Shown here: one piece after another, positions 12,700 to 23,510 of the stretch
Layout of the letters: each line of letters begins with the position of its first letter
Numbering within the stretch: position 1 is the first letter of the stretch
Assembly (NCBI RefSeq): GCF_963921235.1
Contig: NC_086097.1
Location: 127,536,001-127,600,000, forward strand
Direction of reading: 5' to 3'
DNA from: Mobula hypostoma
Taxonomy: Eukaryota
Length of the DNA: 64,000 nucleotides
Notes under the pieces: model-generated
What the model was told of the DNA's origin: nothing
What the model saw: the letters and a program-made list of their open reading frames with translations, nothing else
Databases searched by the model: none
Translations under genes and position numbers: made by a program

Positions 12700-13200
12700 G
12701 GCTTATTATCATTATATGTACCAAGATACAGTGAAAAGCATTGTTTTGCACACCATCCATACAGATTACTTGAAAACATAGACACATTCAGTCAGTACAA
12801 GGGAAAACAATAATAGAATCAGAATCAGGCTTAATAACACCAGCATACGTCGTGAAATTTGTTAGCTTTGTGGTAGCAGTAGAGTGCAATATGTAATAAT
12901 AGAGAAAAAAACAGTGAATTACAGTAAGAATATATATAAATAATTAAGGCAAAAATAGAAATAGAATACAGAATATAATGTTACAATTAAAGAGAAAATG
13001 CATTTCAGGTAGACAATAAAATGCAAGGGCCATGATGAGGTAGATGGTAAGGTCAGAGTTCATCTTCCCTGAACAAGAGGTCCATTCGTGAGACCTATAG
13101 CAGCAGGATAGAAGCTGTCCTTGAGCCTCCTGGTACATGCTCTCAAGCTTTTATATCTTCTGCCCGATGGAAGTTGGGTTGGGGGAACAAAGAGTGAATG
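12700..13200 (-). mobile_element. Rex1/Babar 3' fragments (one nested in another)
   Basis: ORF 12944-13138; 3'UTRs similar to those at 36430-36860 and 18898-19030; cagaatcag tail. Confidence 0.65.
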
Positions 13201-13277
13201 TCTATGGTGAACTGTGAGGTAACAGCTCTGCTAACTGTGCCACTGTATTCTTTCACAAAACAATGCACTTTTCATTG

Positions 13278-13591
13278 AAGTTGCTGGTGGAGGCAGCAGG
13301 CCAGGCAGCATCTCTAGGAAGAGGTACAGTCAACGTTTTGGGCCAAGACCCTTCGTCAGGACTAACTGAAAGAAGAGCTAGTAAGAGGTTTGAAAGTGGG
13401 AATGGGAGGGGGAGATACCCCTCCCACTTTCAAATCTCTTACTAGCTCTTCTTTCAGTTAGTCCTGACGAAGGGTCTCGGCCCGAAATGTCGACTGTACC
13501 TCTTCATAGAGTGCTGCCTGGCCTGCTGCGCTCACCAGCAACTTTGATGTGTGTTGCTTGAATTTCCAGCATCTGCAGAATTCCTCGTGTT
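13278..13591. mobile_element. Penelope-like element: inverted pair of pLTR fragments
   Basis: About 120-bp inverted arms; 14-bp TSD TGCACTTTTCATTG (13264-13277 / 13592-13605); hammerhead motif in each arm. Confidence 0.85.
13460..13495 (+). ncRNA. Minimal type I hammerhead ribozyme (Penelope-associated)
   Basis: agtc CTGACGA a ggg-tctcgg-ccc GAAA t GTC gact: conserved core, stem I and stem II. Confidence 0.75.
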
Positions 13592-14094
13592 TGCACTTTT
13601 CATTGTCTCACTCCAGCTCTGGCTCCTCCTCTCAAATTTGGGGCTTTCAGATATTTTTAATAACTTCCAATTGCTGCTTAACTTCCTGACCAAGATGCCT
13701 TTCACCTTGTGTTTCACGACTTACTATATGAAACTGACCCATCTTCCTTCAGGAATAATATGTTTGTATGCCCATATTTCTCATTGTTTCGGGCTCTCAC
13801 ATGATCACCATATCCTTTCATTCAGTATTGTATACTTTTGGAGATCCAGATACAATTAACATGCAAGATGTTATCACATTCATTTTTGGGTGATGTGACT
13901 AACTTGGTGATCTTAGTTAGCCCTTTGAAAAATCAACGCTGCTGTCTCTGGCACTTGGCTTCTGCATTCTCATCATTCCACCCTTGGATAATGAAGTGTG
14001 GCTGCAGGAAAACTCTACAAAACAATCTATTTTGAGGCTACAATCTCACCCAGACATTTGCCAAGCAATATTCGTTAATGTCCTTCAATGTCCT

Positions 14095-14325
14095 CATAGT
14101 ATGTGCTATAAGGGGAGGTTGGGATGAGCATATTTTTTTTTCTAGAGTGCTGTAGGTCGGTGGGGGGGGGGGTACCTGATAGAAGTTTATCAAATAATGG
14201 GTGGCATAAATAGGATAACAGCCAGAATCTTTACCCGAGGGCAGAAGCAGCAAAGACAAGAGGACATGCATTTAAGATGAGAGGAGGAACAATTAATAGA
14301 AATATGTTGAGTAATTTTTTCTTAC
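14095..14325 (+). mobile_element. Old CR1 ORF2 3' fragment
   Basis: gacctgatagaagtttat..agaggacatgcatttaagatgagaggagg resembles 7670-7830. Confidence 0.65.
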
Positions 14326-14419
14326 ACAGGGAGAGGCAGGAGACTGGATCAGGCTGCCAGGTGAGTGGTGCAAACAGATATGATAGAGGTGCTTGTAAAT
14401 AAAACACCAAGTACCTGCT

Positions 14420-14570
14420 GGTGATTACATTGCTACTTGTGGGATATTGCTGATGGCCAACTTTCAAACCTACAAAACTGAACAAATACACTTTAGAAAT
14501 ACTTCATTGGCAGGAAAGTTGTTTGGGTCAGTCTGGGTTTCTGAAAAGTGCTGTATAAAAGGTTTCTGTC
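14420..14570 (+). mobile_element. DeuSINE (AmnSINE/SacSINE-like) 3' remnant
   Basis: ttgctacttgtgggatattgctg..acactttagaaatacttcattggc..gaaaagtgctgtataaa resembles the Deu-domain tail and the copy at 40400-40690. Confidence 0.55.
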
Positions 14571-15093
14571 ACCAATATTCAGGGTTGAAACAAGGTTTTG
14601 CTTTTCTCCTTATGAGTCAACTTTGAGGGAAAAATATGCTTCCCATTTATGTTACAAATATATCTGGTAACTTTAATATTTTCATGAGATGAACTTGGAC
14701 ATTACTTTCTGGTGAGTTTCCTGAATTATTTCTCTTATGTATTCCACATGCATTTTGCCCATGTCTGCATGTTCTTTGAGGAAGAGATCTCCAGCAGGCC
14801 TCACATGGAACAGGGAGTCTCAGTGCTCCTCTAGTTTCACCTCTGCCTGCTCGGGACAAGATATTGCTAGAGGGTCACAAGTAGTAGGCAGGCTTGATGA
14901 GAATGTTAAATTGATCAGTCGGGTTACATTATGAAATATACTAATTCTAACATCAGACCTAGTACGTGTTTGGACTCCATAGCAAGAATACCAAGGAGGC
15001 AAGTCATTCTGTAGGGGTAAACACCAATCACAAGTAGAGGAACCCACGGAGGATCTACCTCAGTGTAAGAAAACTGTAATTTGCTATTTTTGC

Positions 15094-15474
15094 GGATTAT
15101 CGGCACCCAATTGTCCACCATTGAGAACATCTACCATAAATGCTGCCTGGGCAGGGCGAAAAGCATTATCAGGGATGCATCTCATCCTAACCATGGACTT
15201 TTTACTCTCCTCCCATCCGGTAGATGCTACAGGAGCCTCCGTTCCCGCACCAGCAGGCACAGGACCTCTCATCACAGCGCTAAGCAGTATTGCATCTGTA
15301 TTGTACTGTCTCAGTACTTTTATATTTGTGTGCTGTAGCACTTTTTTTATTTGCAGTTATTTTGTAAATAACACTATTCTTTGCATTTCTGGTCAGATGC
15401 TAAATGCATTTTATTGGTTTTGTATCTGTACTCGGCACAATGACAATAAAGTTGAATCTAATCTAATCTAATCT
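15094..15474 (+). mobile_element. Rex1/Babar 3' fragment, same family as 989-1544
   Basis: Near-identical to 1129-1544 except for an internal deletion of about 35 bp; (AATCT)n tail. Confidence 0.88.
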
Positions 15475-17084
15475 TTGTTTTTAAAATATATACTTCTTTT
15501 CTGGGTAGAGCACAGGTCTGGATCCCTACTCCAGAACAGATGTACCAGAACAGCCTGTCATGCACCCCACAGGTGCATTGTTTAAGGAGGAAACGTGAGG
15601 GGTACAGACACATCACAATAGGATGTATCGAACTGAGGGTACAATGATTGCAGAGAATGTCTCCATTGTATTCACTATGCACAGTATATTGTGGATAAAG
15701 TACATATTGGTGCACACAAAAAGAAAGCCATTGCTTTGAGACTGTGGAACACTGGGATACTGGGGCAGTGACCTCTGCCGAGACCCTTGCTGATTTAAGA
15801 ATTCTGGCATCAAGTGTCAGGAAATAGCAAAATGCCCAAAAATACCCACTCATTTTTAACACATTGGCCTGTAGCTTATAGATGAATATAACGAAGGCAT
15901 GTGTAATGAACTTGCCAGCGTTCTGCAGGATAAACTATAAACACAATGGAAATTATTGATAATGAATAGAAACGGAATTCAGTTTGACAATTTCAGATCT
16001 AATAGGATTGTGCATTAACAATACTCAAGCCATTTGTAATGACTGAGTAGCTCCAAGTGATATTTTTTTTTTGCTGCTTTCCATGTGCAATTTTCTTCCC
16101 TGAAGCAATAACAAAAAAATAAAATCCACGCTGCTTTATTTTAAATAACACAACCCACACCACAGGCCTTTTTTACACATGCTTTCAAATACTTTTAGAA
16201 AGTCTCTAACGCGTTATGAAGCGTCTCTGATTTACTGTCAGAAGGAAAGCAACAGTCTGCTTGGCAGGAGGGGTCATCCTTCTTCATTAAGTTAATAAAC
16301 AGCTTGTGGAATTTTGACAAATATCCTATGTGAAGTAGCACAGAGATGCTGTCTAGTTTGGATCAGAACTCATGCAGAATTGGAGCTTGCCGATGCCTGC
16401 TCCCATTTTGTTAGCAGGCTCAAAGTCACACTCCATAGCTTACACACCACAAGGATGTTCTTGACACCACTGCAAAATCTGGGTACCATTTGCTTCAGAC
16501 AAAAATTCGGCTTTTCTGCAGGGAATATCTGAACATTTTAAGTGTGGAGCATCAAGATGCTAATCTGTAAGGGGAAAAGGAAATGACAAAAAGTTTACAA
16601 ACACAATCTGCTTTGTGTACCGCTCTGCTGCCTGTCCCATTCTGCTCCCACTGAGGTAGATTGGAAAGATATACATGAATCTGCTGCTGCAGTTAATCCC
16701 ATCTCTTCTGTCTGAAACAATCGCTTGGCTATCAGCAGAGGTTATTCTCACTTTTAAGTTATTATGAATAAGTTCATTCAAAGGTCATCTGGACATTGAA
16801 AAGACAGGAAAGATCAAAGGGCTAGTGATAAGGCAAAAGTGAATGAGATAAACTATCATTTGTTCTTGCGTAGAAATTGTGCAGTAACTTGTGTGATTTT
16901 TCTGGGATTTATGTGGTTTTTTTGTTATTACTTACAATAGAAAGAATTGTCTGAAATTTTGTGATTGATCAGACTGCAGTCTTTTATTCGTGTGTTTGGT
17001 ATTCTTGGTCATGGGCCATTACATAAAGGGGCATTCTATTTTTCAGTGAAAGACTAGTGGAAAATACAGACTCTCATTCAAGAT

Positions 17085-17345
17085 TTAAGATTGTTTCTTG
17101 TTTTTCTTCAGTAAACGAGTGCAAAGGAGAACAAAATGATTATTACTCTGAATCCAGTGCGGCATAATAAAACCCAAAAGGCATAAGGAACACAACACAA
17201 GACAAATAGAAATATAAATGTAATCCTATAAAACAGAATGTACAAGTAACTGCTATATACAGAGACTGATTGTATGTACATAAACTGACGCTAGGTGATG
17301 TGTATGTAGTAGTGTGCAGGGTGATGGGTGGGTTAATGGTTGGAG
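17085..17345 (-). mobile_element. Rex1/Babar 3'UTR fragment
   Basis: Tail attcaagatttaagattgttt and body similar to 52545-52650 and 62575-62900. Confidence 0.6.
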
Positions 17346-17524
17346 GCCTTTTTTGAGGTCATGTATTTGGCCTTAAGTGATTTAACCATGATTTTCAGAA
17401 TGACAAAAGGTTTTTATGGGTAGATAATTTGTTACAGCAAAAGGTTCAGATGTCAAAGGGCAGAAATTAAAAATAAGTGCAATTGGCATACAAAGTTTTC
17501 AGCTGTGGGCACACCTTAATGTGG

Positions 17525-17950
17525 GCATCAACAAACAATTTGGTGGAGGAACTCAGGGGATCAAGCAGCACCTGATGCAAGGTTTCTGGTATGTTTTGTA
17601 ACTCAAAACATTAAACAGATTCAAAGGAAGGCCTGGAGTCTGAATTGTAGGTCTAACTTTGAGTTTACTTTAAGCAAGGCGTGCGTGTATCATGTGCTAG
17701 CATGATGACATATATAACTTACGTATTTTTGTATATAGCCTGTAATTAATTGTTTAAATGAATAAGAATGCTTAATCAACCAATATATAGTATGTACAAT
17801 ATTACTCAGATATTGTCAAAGTATTAAATACACAACAGTTTTAACCCAAAATGTCAACAATTCCTTTCCCTCACAGATGCTGTTTGACCTACCGAGTTTC
17901 TCCAGCAGACTCTTTCTTGCTCTAGGTTCTAGTATTTGTAATCTCCAGAA
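17525..17950 (+). mobile_element. Penelope pLTR remnant (short inverted 5' piece) split by a solo LTR
   Basis: cctgatgcaaggtttc | aacccaaaatgtcaac..cagatgctg..gagtttctccagca rejoin to a hammerhead-containing pLTR. Confidence 0.6.
17587..17837 (-). mobile_element. Gypsy solo LTR (family of 28980-33313)
   Basis: TG..CA ends; reverse complement resembles LTRs 28980-29229 and 33066-33313; possible TSD GTTTC/GTTTT. Confidence 0.75.
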
Positions 17951-18590
17951 AGTAGGAATGTTTGCTGATGACTGCAGAATATTCAATTCTACTTAATAAA
18001 TGAAGCAGCCAAGGGTTACTTGCAGTAAGCCCTAGACAACATTCGGGCATGGGTTGATATGTGGCCAGTAACATTGCTGCCACAGGGTTGCATGGCAACA
18101 AGCATCTCCAAAAAGAGCCAATTAACCTCTTACCCTTGAAGTGCAGTAGAGGTACTGTTGATGGATTCTTCACTATCAATACTTTATCCTTGATTAGGTT
18201 AGAGGCTGGGTTCCCTGCAGTGACCCATTTGCCACCGGACAACCCAATAACTTTCCACAATCTACAGGTACAAGCCAGGAACATGATGGAACGCTCTCTA
18301 CTACTTTGACAGCACCTCCCAGACATGTGACTTCTCCTACCAAGAAGGAGAAAGGCTTCAGGTGAATGGGGATACCACCAATGGAAGAGTCCCCTCTTGA
18401 CTTTGATTTTCCACTATCACTGCCTCTCAGTCCTGGAAATGTCCCCCCGCCCAACAGCTCTGTTGGACTCCCTTCACCAGGACTGCAGAATTGCTAGAAG
18501 GTGGTTCTGCACCAGTTTCCTGAGGACAATGAAGCATGTTCAATGAACATTGGTCTTGTTGGCATTTCCAACATCCTGAAAATGAATGGA
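17950..18590 (+). mobile_element. Old CR1/L2-group LINE 3' fragment
   Basis: gtaggaatgtttgctgatgac = VGMFADD; later QVQARNMMERS motif; decayed. Confidence 0.65.
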
Positions 18591-18897
18591 TTTACTGTTT
18601 TGCATTACCTTTTTGGTTCAATATTATAGATATTCTTTAAGTATGTGTTAAGAAAAGCCTAGCATTTTATGATGGGTCAGAATATCAGGGTCACACGGGA
18701 CCGGAAGAGTATTATTGAATCTTGCATACAGGTTCTCAGGTGTACTACAGCTACTAATAAACTCTTCCCCTGCTAATGATAATTGTAATTGCCATTATAA
18801 AGAATTCTGCTGAAGTCCAAAAATAATGAAGGAATCTCACTATACCTGCCCTTTGCAAGATCCACATAGAGTTTAAATTAACTTTTCTAGAAGATTT

Positions 18898-20327
18898 TAC
18901 ATTAATATCACCAGCATATGTCATGAAATTTGTTAACTTTGTGGCAGCAGAACAATGCAATACATGATAATATAGAAAAAAGCAGTGGATTACGTTAAGT
19001 ATATATATATATATATATGTATATCAAATAGTTAAATTAACTAATTGTATTGGCGCGTGACCAAGTAGTTAAGGTATTCGTCTAGTGATCTGAAGGTTGC
19101 TAGTTTGAGCCTTGAGCAAGGCACTGAACCACACTGTTCTGCGACAACACTGGTACCAAGCTGTACGGGTCCTAATGCCCTTCCCTTGGACAACATCGGT
19201 GGCGCGGAGAGAGGAGACTTGCAGCATGGGCAACTGCTGGTCTTCCATACAACCTTGCCCAGGTCTGTGCCCTGGAAGCCTTCCAAGGCGCAAATCGATG
19301 GTCTCACGAGACTAACGGATGCCTATAAAAGAAATTAACTAATTAATGGAAAAACAGAAACAAAAACATAGTGAGGTAGTGTTCATGGGTTCAATGTTCT
19401 TTCAGAAATTGGGTGGTAGAGGAGAAGAAGCTGTTCTTGAATCATTGAGTGTGTGCCTTCAGGTTTCTGTACGTCCTTCCTGATGGTAACAATGAAAGAG
19501 GGCATGTCTTGGGTGGTGGAGGTCCTTAAGATGGATGCCACCTTTTTGAGGCACCACTCCTTGAAGATATCTGAGGCCAGTGCCCATGACAAATTTTACA
19601 ACTCTCTGCAGCTTACTTCGATCCTGTGCAGTAACCCCCACTTTATACCAGATGGTGATGCAGCCGGATAGAATGCTCTCCACAGTACCTCTGTAGAAAT
19701 TTGCAAGTGTTTTAGGAGACATACCAAATCTTCTCAAACTCCTAATGAAATATAGCTGCCATCTTGCCTTCTTTATAATTGCATTGATCTGTTGGGACCA
19801 GGTTAGGCCCCCCCAGAGATATTAAAACCCAGAAACTTGAAATTACTCACTTCTGATCCTTCTATGAGGGCAGGCGAGAGCTCCCTCGTCATAGCCTTCC
19901 TGAAGTTCATCATCAGCTCTTCGGTCTTTCGGACTTTGAATGAAAGGTTGTTGTGCAACACCACTCAACTAGCTGGTATATCTCACTCCCGTATCTTCTC
20001 TTGTCACCATCTGAGACTATGCCAACAATGGTTGTATCATCAGCAAGTTTATAGATGGCATTTGAGTGTGCCTAATCACACAGTCATGGGTGTAAAGAGA
20101 ATTCAGCAGTGGGCTAAGCACACATCCCTGAGGTGCACCCGTGTTGATTGTCAGTGAGGTGGAGATGTTATTTCCAATCTGCAGAGATTGTGATCTTCCG
20201 GTTAGGAAGTCAAGGATCCTGTTGCAGAGGGAGGTGCAGAGGCCCAGGTTCTGCAGCTTTTTGATCAGGACTGTAGGAATGATGGTGTTAAATGCTGAGC
20301 TGTGGCCAATAAACAGCATCCTGACAT
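18898..20327 (-). mobile_element. Rex1/Babar LINE (RT to 3' end) with nested SINE
   Basis: ORF 20017-20319 ([22 protein letters not shown]) and ORF 19459-19737 (FYRGTVESILSGCIT). Confidence 0.88.
19047..19331 (+). mobile_element. tRNA(Thr-like)-derived SINE with CORE-like motif and RTE-like tail
   Basis: A/B-box-like head, cttgagcaaggcact motif; 13-bp TSD AAATTAACTAATT (19034-19046 / 19332-19344). Confidence 0.8.
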
Positions 20328-21049
20328 ACAGTAGATATTTGTATGGGAATATGGGAAAGAGGAGTGGAAGTATAGCCCTGCTTGTGATAAAGGTGGTTAG
20401 TGGGGTTAGGACATTGGGTACAAAGGGACACTGTGAGAAGATTTCTGCACTTAATGATTATTAAACCCATATGGTTATAGAGGTGAGCCTTCTAAAGAAA
20501 TGTGAGTATAATGGTATTCCTGCATATCCCTCACCTTTATGGGTCCTGAGACTATGCTCTGATTCTCAATTCTCCTGTGGAACCAGAGATCTACCTTTTC
20601 AATCACACTCAGTATCTTATGCATCCCAACAATATTTCCAGGGGTCGGTCTTCTTTAATTGCTCTTCCAAGGTCAACTTTCTCTTTCTAGCCACCATTCT
20701 GCAAACCTCTAGTGAATGTCTAGGCACAGCTCGAGACAAACCTAACTTTCCTCAGGTAAGAAGGGAGTAACTACCCACAATATTTCAGCTGCATTAGCAG
20801 CTATAATCTCCCTCCCACCGCCCCCACCAACCCTACAGCAGCCACACAGACATCAGGGATCTGGGACCATCTTTGTGTGAGGATTCAACCCCCATGGTGA
20901 ATTTACACAGTGGGCGATGAAGGAATGTACTGCCAGAGAAGGTGCTGCAGTCGCGATAATTTCCCTCCACAGGCTGGACTATTCACTTTGTCTGCCTTCC
21001 CCTCCTAACCCTAGTTTGAAAGCTTCTCAATAACTCCTGACAGTGACAT

Positions 21050-21450
21050 CTCCAGGGCCAGGGTACACAGTGCCAGTGAATCACAGGTTTGCAGGCTTGT
21101 ATGAGTCTGGAGGTCAAAGTCCCGTGATCAGTGAGCAAGTCTGCAAATCTCGCCAAGGGAATGGAGGTTGGAGGCCTATCCTGGGCTTGGAGGCCTGCTT
21201 GTTTGCACAAGTGGGTGGCCAGATGTGTGGTTGGGAGGGAGAAAAGGAGCCTGTTTTGCTGCTGTTGTGTAGTTGTTGTCAATGCCTGTGTTGCTCTGCA
21301 AACATTGAGGCCAACTTATGCTGGCACTGGAATGTGTGGCAACACTTGTGGGCAGCCCCCAGCACATCCTTCTGTTGTGTTGGTTGTTAATGCAAATGAC
21401 ACATTTCACTGTGTGTTTCGATATACGTGTGATAAATAAATGAATCTAAG
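21050..21450 (+). mobile_element. Non-autonomous element with Rex1-type 3' tail
   Basis: GT-rich body ending catttcactgtgtgtttcgat..AATAAAtgaatct. Confidence 0.45.
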
Positions 21451-21639
21451 CTAGCGGCTGCACAATTACACCAGGACCTCCATAGTCTTGCATTCATTCT
21501 AAAAATCTTACCCTCATTAAAGTGAAGATCTAAATACTAGTCTTGTTCCTTTGTTAGCAACTTGAAATTCAATGTGGGAAAGAAAACATACAATTACCAA
21601 TTTTGCTGATTGCTGTGACAATTTATATATCAGAGGCAG

Positions 21640-21745
21640 AATCTCTGACGAAGTGCCCTTGACCTGAGACATTACTTGTTCTCATTCAGCAGATTCTGCC
21701 TACCCTGCTGAGTGTTTCCTGCATTTTCTGTTTTGTTATAGAATC
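21640..21745 (+). mobile_element. Penelope pLTR remnant with degenerate hammerhead
   Basis: ctgacgaag..gacctgagac followed by ctgcctaccctgctgagtgtttcctgcattttctg. Confidence 0.55.
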
Positions 21746-21819
21746 CGGCCTCTGCTGTTTGTCATTGAGAAATGCAGGACCTGTACCTTATTCTGGCACA
21801 TCTAACATAGAGAGGCTAT

Positions 21820-22045
21820 TGTCTTGTTTATTATTTATCGTAATGCTTGCACTGTTTTGTGCACTTTATGCAGTCCTGGGTAGGTCTGTAGTCTAGTGCA
21901 GTTTTTGTGTTGTTTTACATAGTTCAGTGTAGTTTTTGTATTGTTTCATGTAGCACTATGGTCCTGAAAAACATTGTCTCGTTTTTACTGTGTACTGTAC
22001 CAGCAATTATGGTCGAAATGACAATAACAAGTGACTTGACTTGAC
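21820..22045 (+). mobile_element. Rex1/Babar 3'UTR
   Basis: Ends aatgacaataa..(GACTT)n. Confidence 0.55.
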
Positions 22046-22984
22046 GTGAAATAGTTTGTCCCTGGAATACCTTTGCTCTTCACCCCATTTCCAAGTCTAA
22101 ACAGAGGGCAATATTTTACTAAGAATCACAACAGTACAAGCACACTTGCAATCCTTCTTTAATGGCTGCTGCCATTAACGTTCTTACTGATGCAGCTTGC
22201 TTAGAGGCTTGGAACATCAAAGCCCTCAGGCATGAAATCGCAGCAGTAATTGCAGACGATGAAGTCAACTTTATGTTTTCTAAACTATTTACCAGGAGAT
22301 AACGTTGTCAGCTTGCTTCCCAATCTCTCTAACGGGATTTCAGGCACAGCTAAATTGAATTGGAATAAAATCTTGTTTCACTTTGATAGCAAATAGGTAT
22401 TCCCTTTGTCGCATGTTCCATGCAGCATAACTTTTGCTGCTGAATCTTTAAGATTGACAGTGAGGGACTGCAGCTGGTCCCTGTATTCTGGTTCTGAAAA
22501 TGTGCCCATTTGTCACTTTTAATCTATCAGTCAACAGTGTGACAGTGAGTTCGGAGTGACGCCACGAGAAATCCGCCTCACAGGGAACTATTTGCCTGAG
22601 AGGTACCTCAAACTATGCAGCTGCCACAGATATTTTTGAACCCAATGTCAATTTAGGGGGTTGATTTTGATGAAAATGAGTGTGAAGTACAGGACAAGCT
22701 TTTTTTTAAACAAGGAGACAGAGAGATTTTGAGATTTGATGGTAAGTTTAGAAAAAGTCAGGTTGTGCCAGGTGTACCAATGGGTTATCTGTGATTGATG
22801 TCTCCTAGCCTCAAGAAAACTGTCTGACGCCTCCCGCTGAGCATTGCTCCCATCATCTCACCTCCTCACCTGGATATTGATTTGTGACTCCGTTGCAGGA
22901 TAGGGCCGTGTAGATGAGTAGCTAGCTAACCCTACATTGACACTTGTTATGGTAATGGAAAGCAAGCAATGATGATTGAGCAGA

Positions 22985-23510
22985 CTCTATCTAAGGAAAG
23001 TGTGCTGGCCCCAGAGGGTTTCCAGAAGTTTATGAGAATGATCCCAGGAATGAAAGGCCTAACAAACGAGGAGTGTTTCATGTCTTGGCCTGTACTGATT
23101 GCAGTTCAGAAGAATGGGGGGAGGGGGTGGAGGGAGGGTGGTTGAATCTCATTGAAACCTAACGGATATTGAAAAGCCAGGAAATAGTGCACGTGGAGAG
23201 GATATCTAGGATCTGAGCGCATAGTCTCAGAATAAAGAAACATCTCATTAAAGTAGAGATGAGGAATTTCTTCAGCCAGAAGGTGGTGAATCTGTGGAAT
23301 TTGTTGCCACAGAAATCTGTGGATGCCAAATCATTTGGTGTATTGAAGTAGAAATTGATAGGTTCTTGATTGGTAAGGGGACAAAAGGGAGAAGGCAGAA
23401 GAATTAGTTTAAAAACCAATCATCCACAATTGAACAGCAATGCAGACTCATGGGTTGAATGGCGTAATCCTGGTCCTAGTAGTCTTATGATCTAATGATC
23501 TTATGGATAC
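22985..23510 (+). mobile_element. CR1 3' fragment
   Basis: Similar to the 3' parts of the 8254-10676 and 49359-51466 elements (aggaatttcttcagccagaaggtggtgaatctgtggaatt). Confidence 0.8.

Noticed and set aside
20691..20755. Possible 65-nt exon (ctctttctag...CAG|gtaaga)
   Set aside because: Good splice signals but an unrecognised peptide and no partner exons; expected by chance in 64 kb
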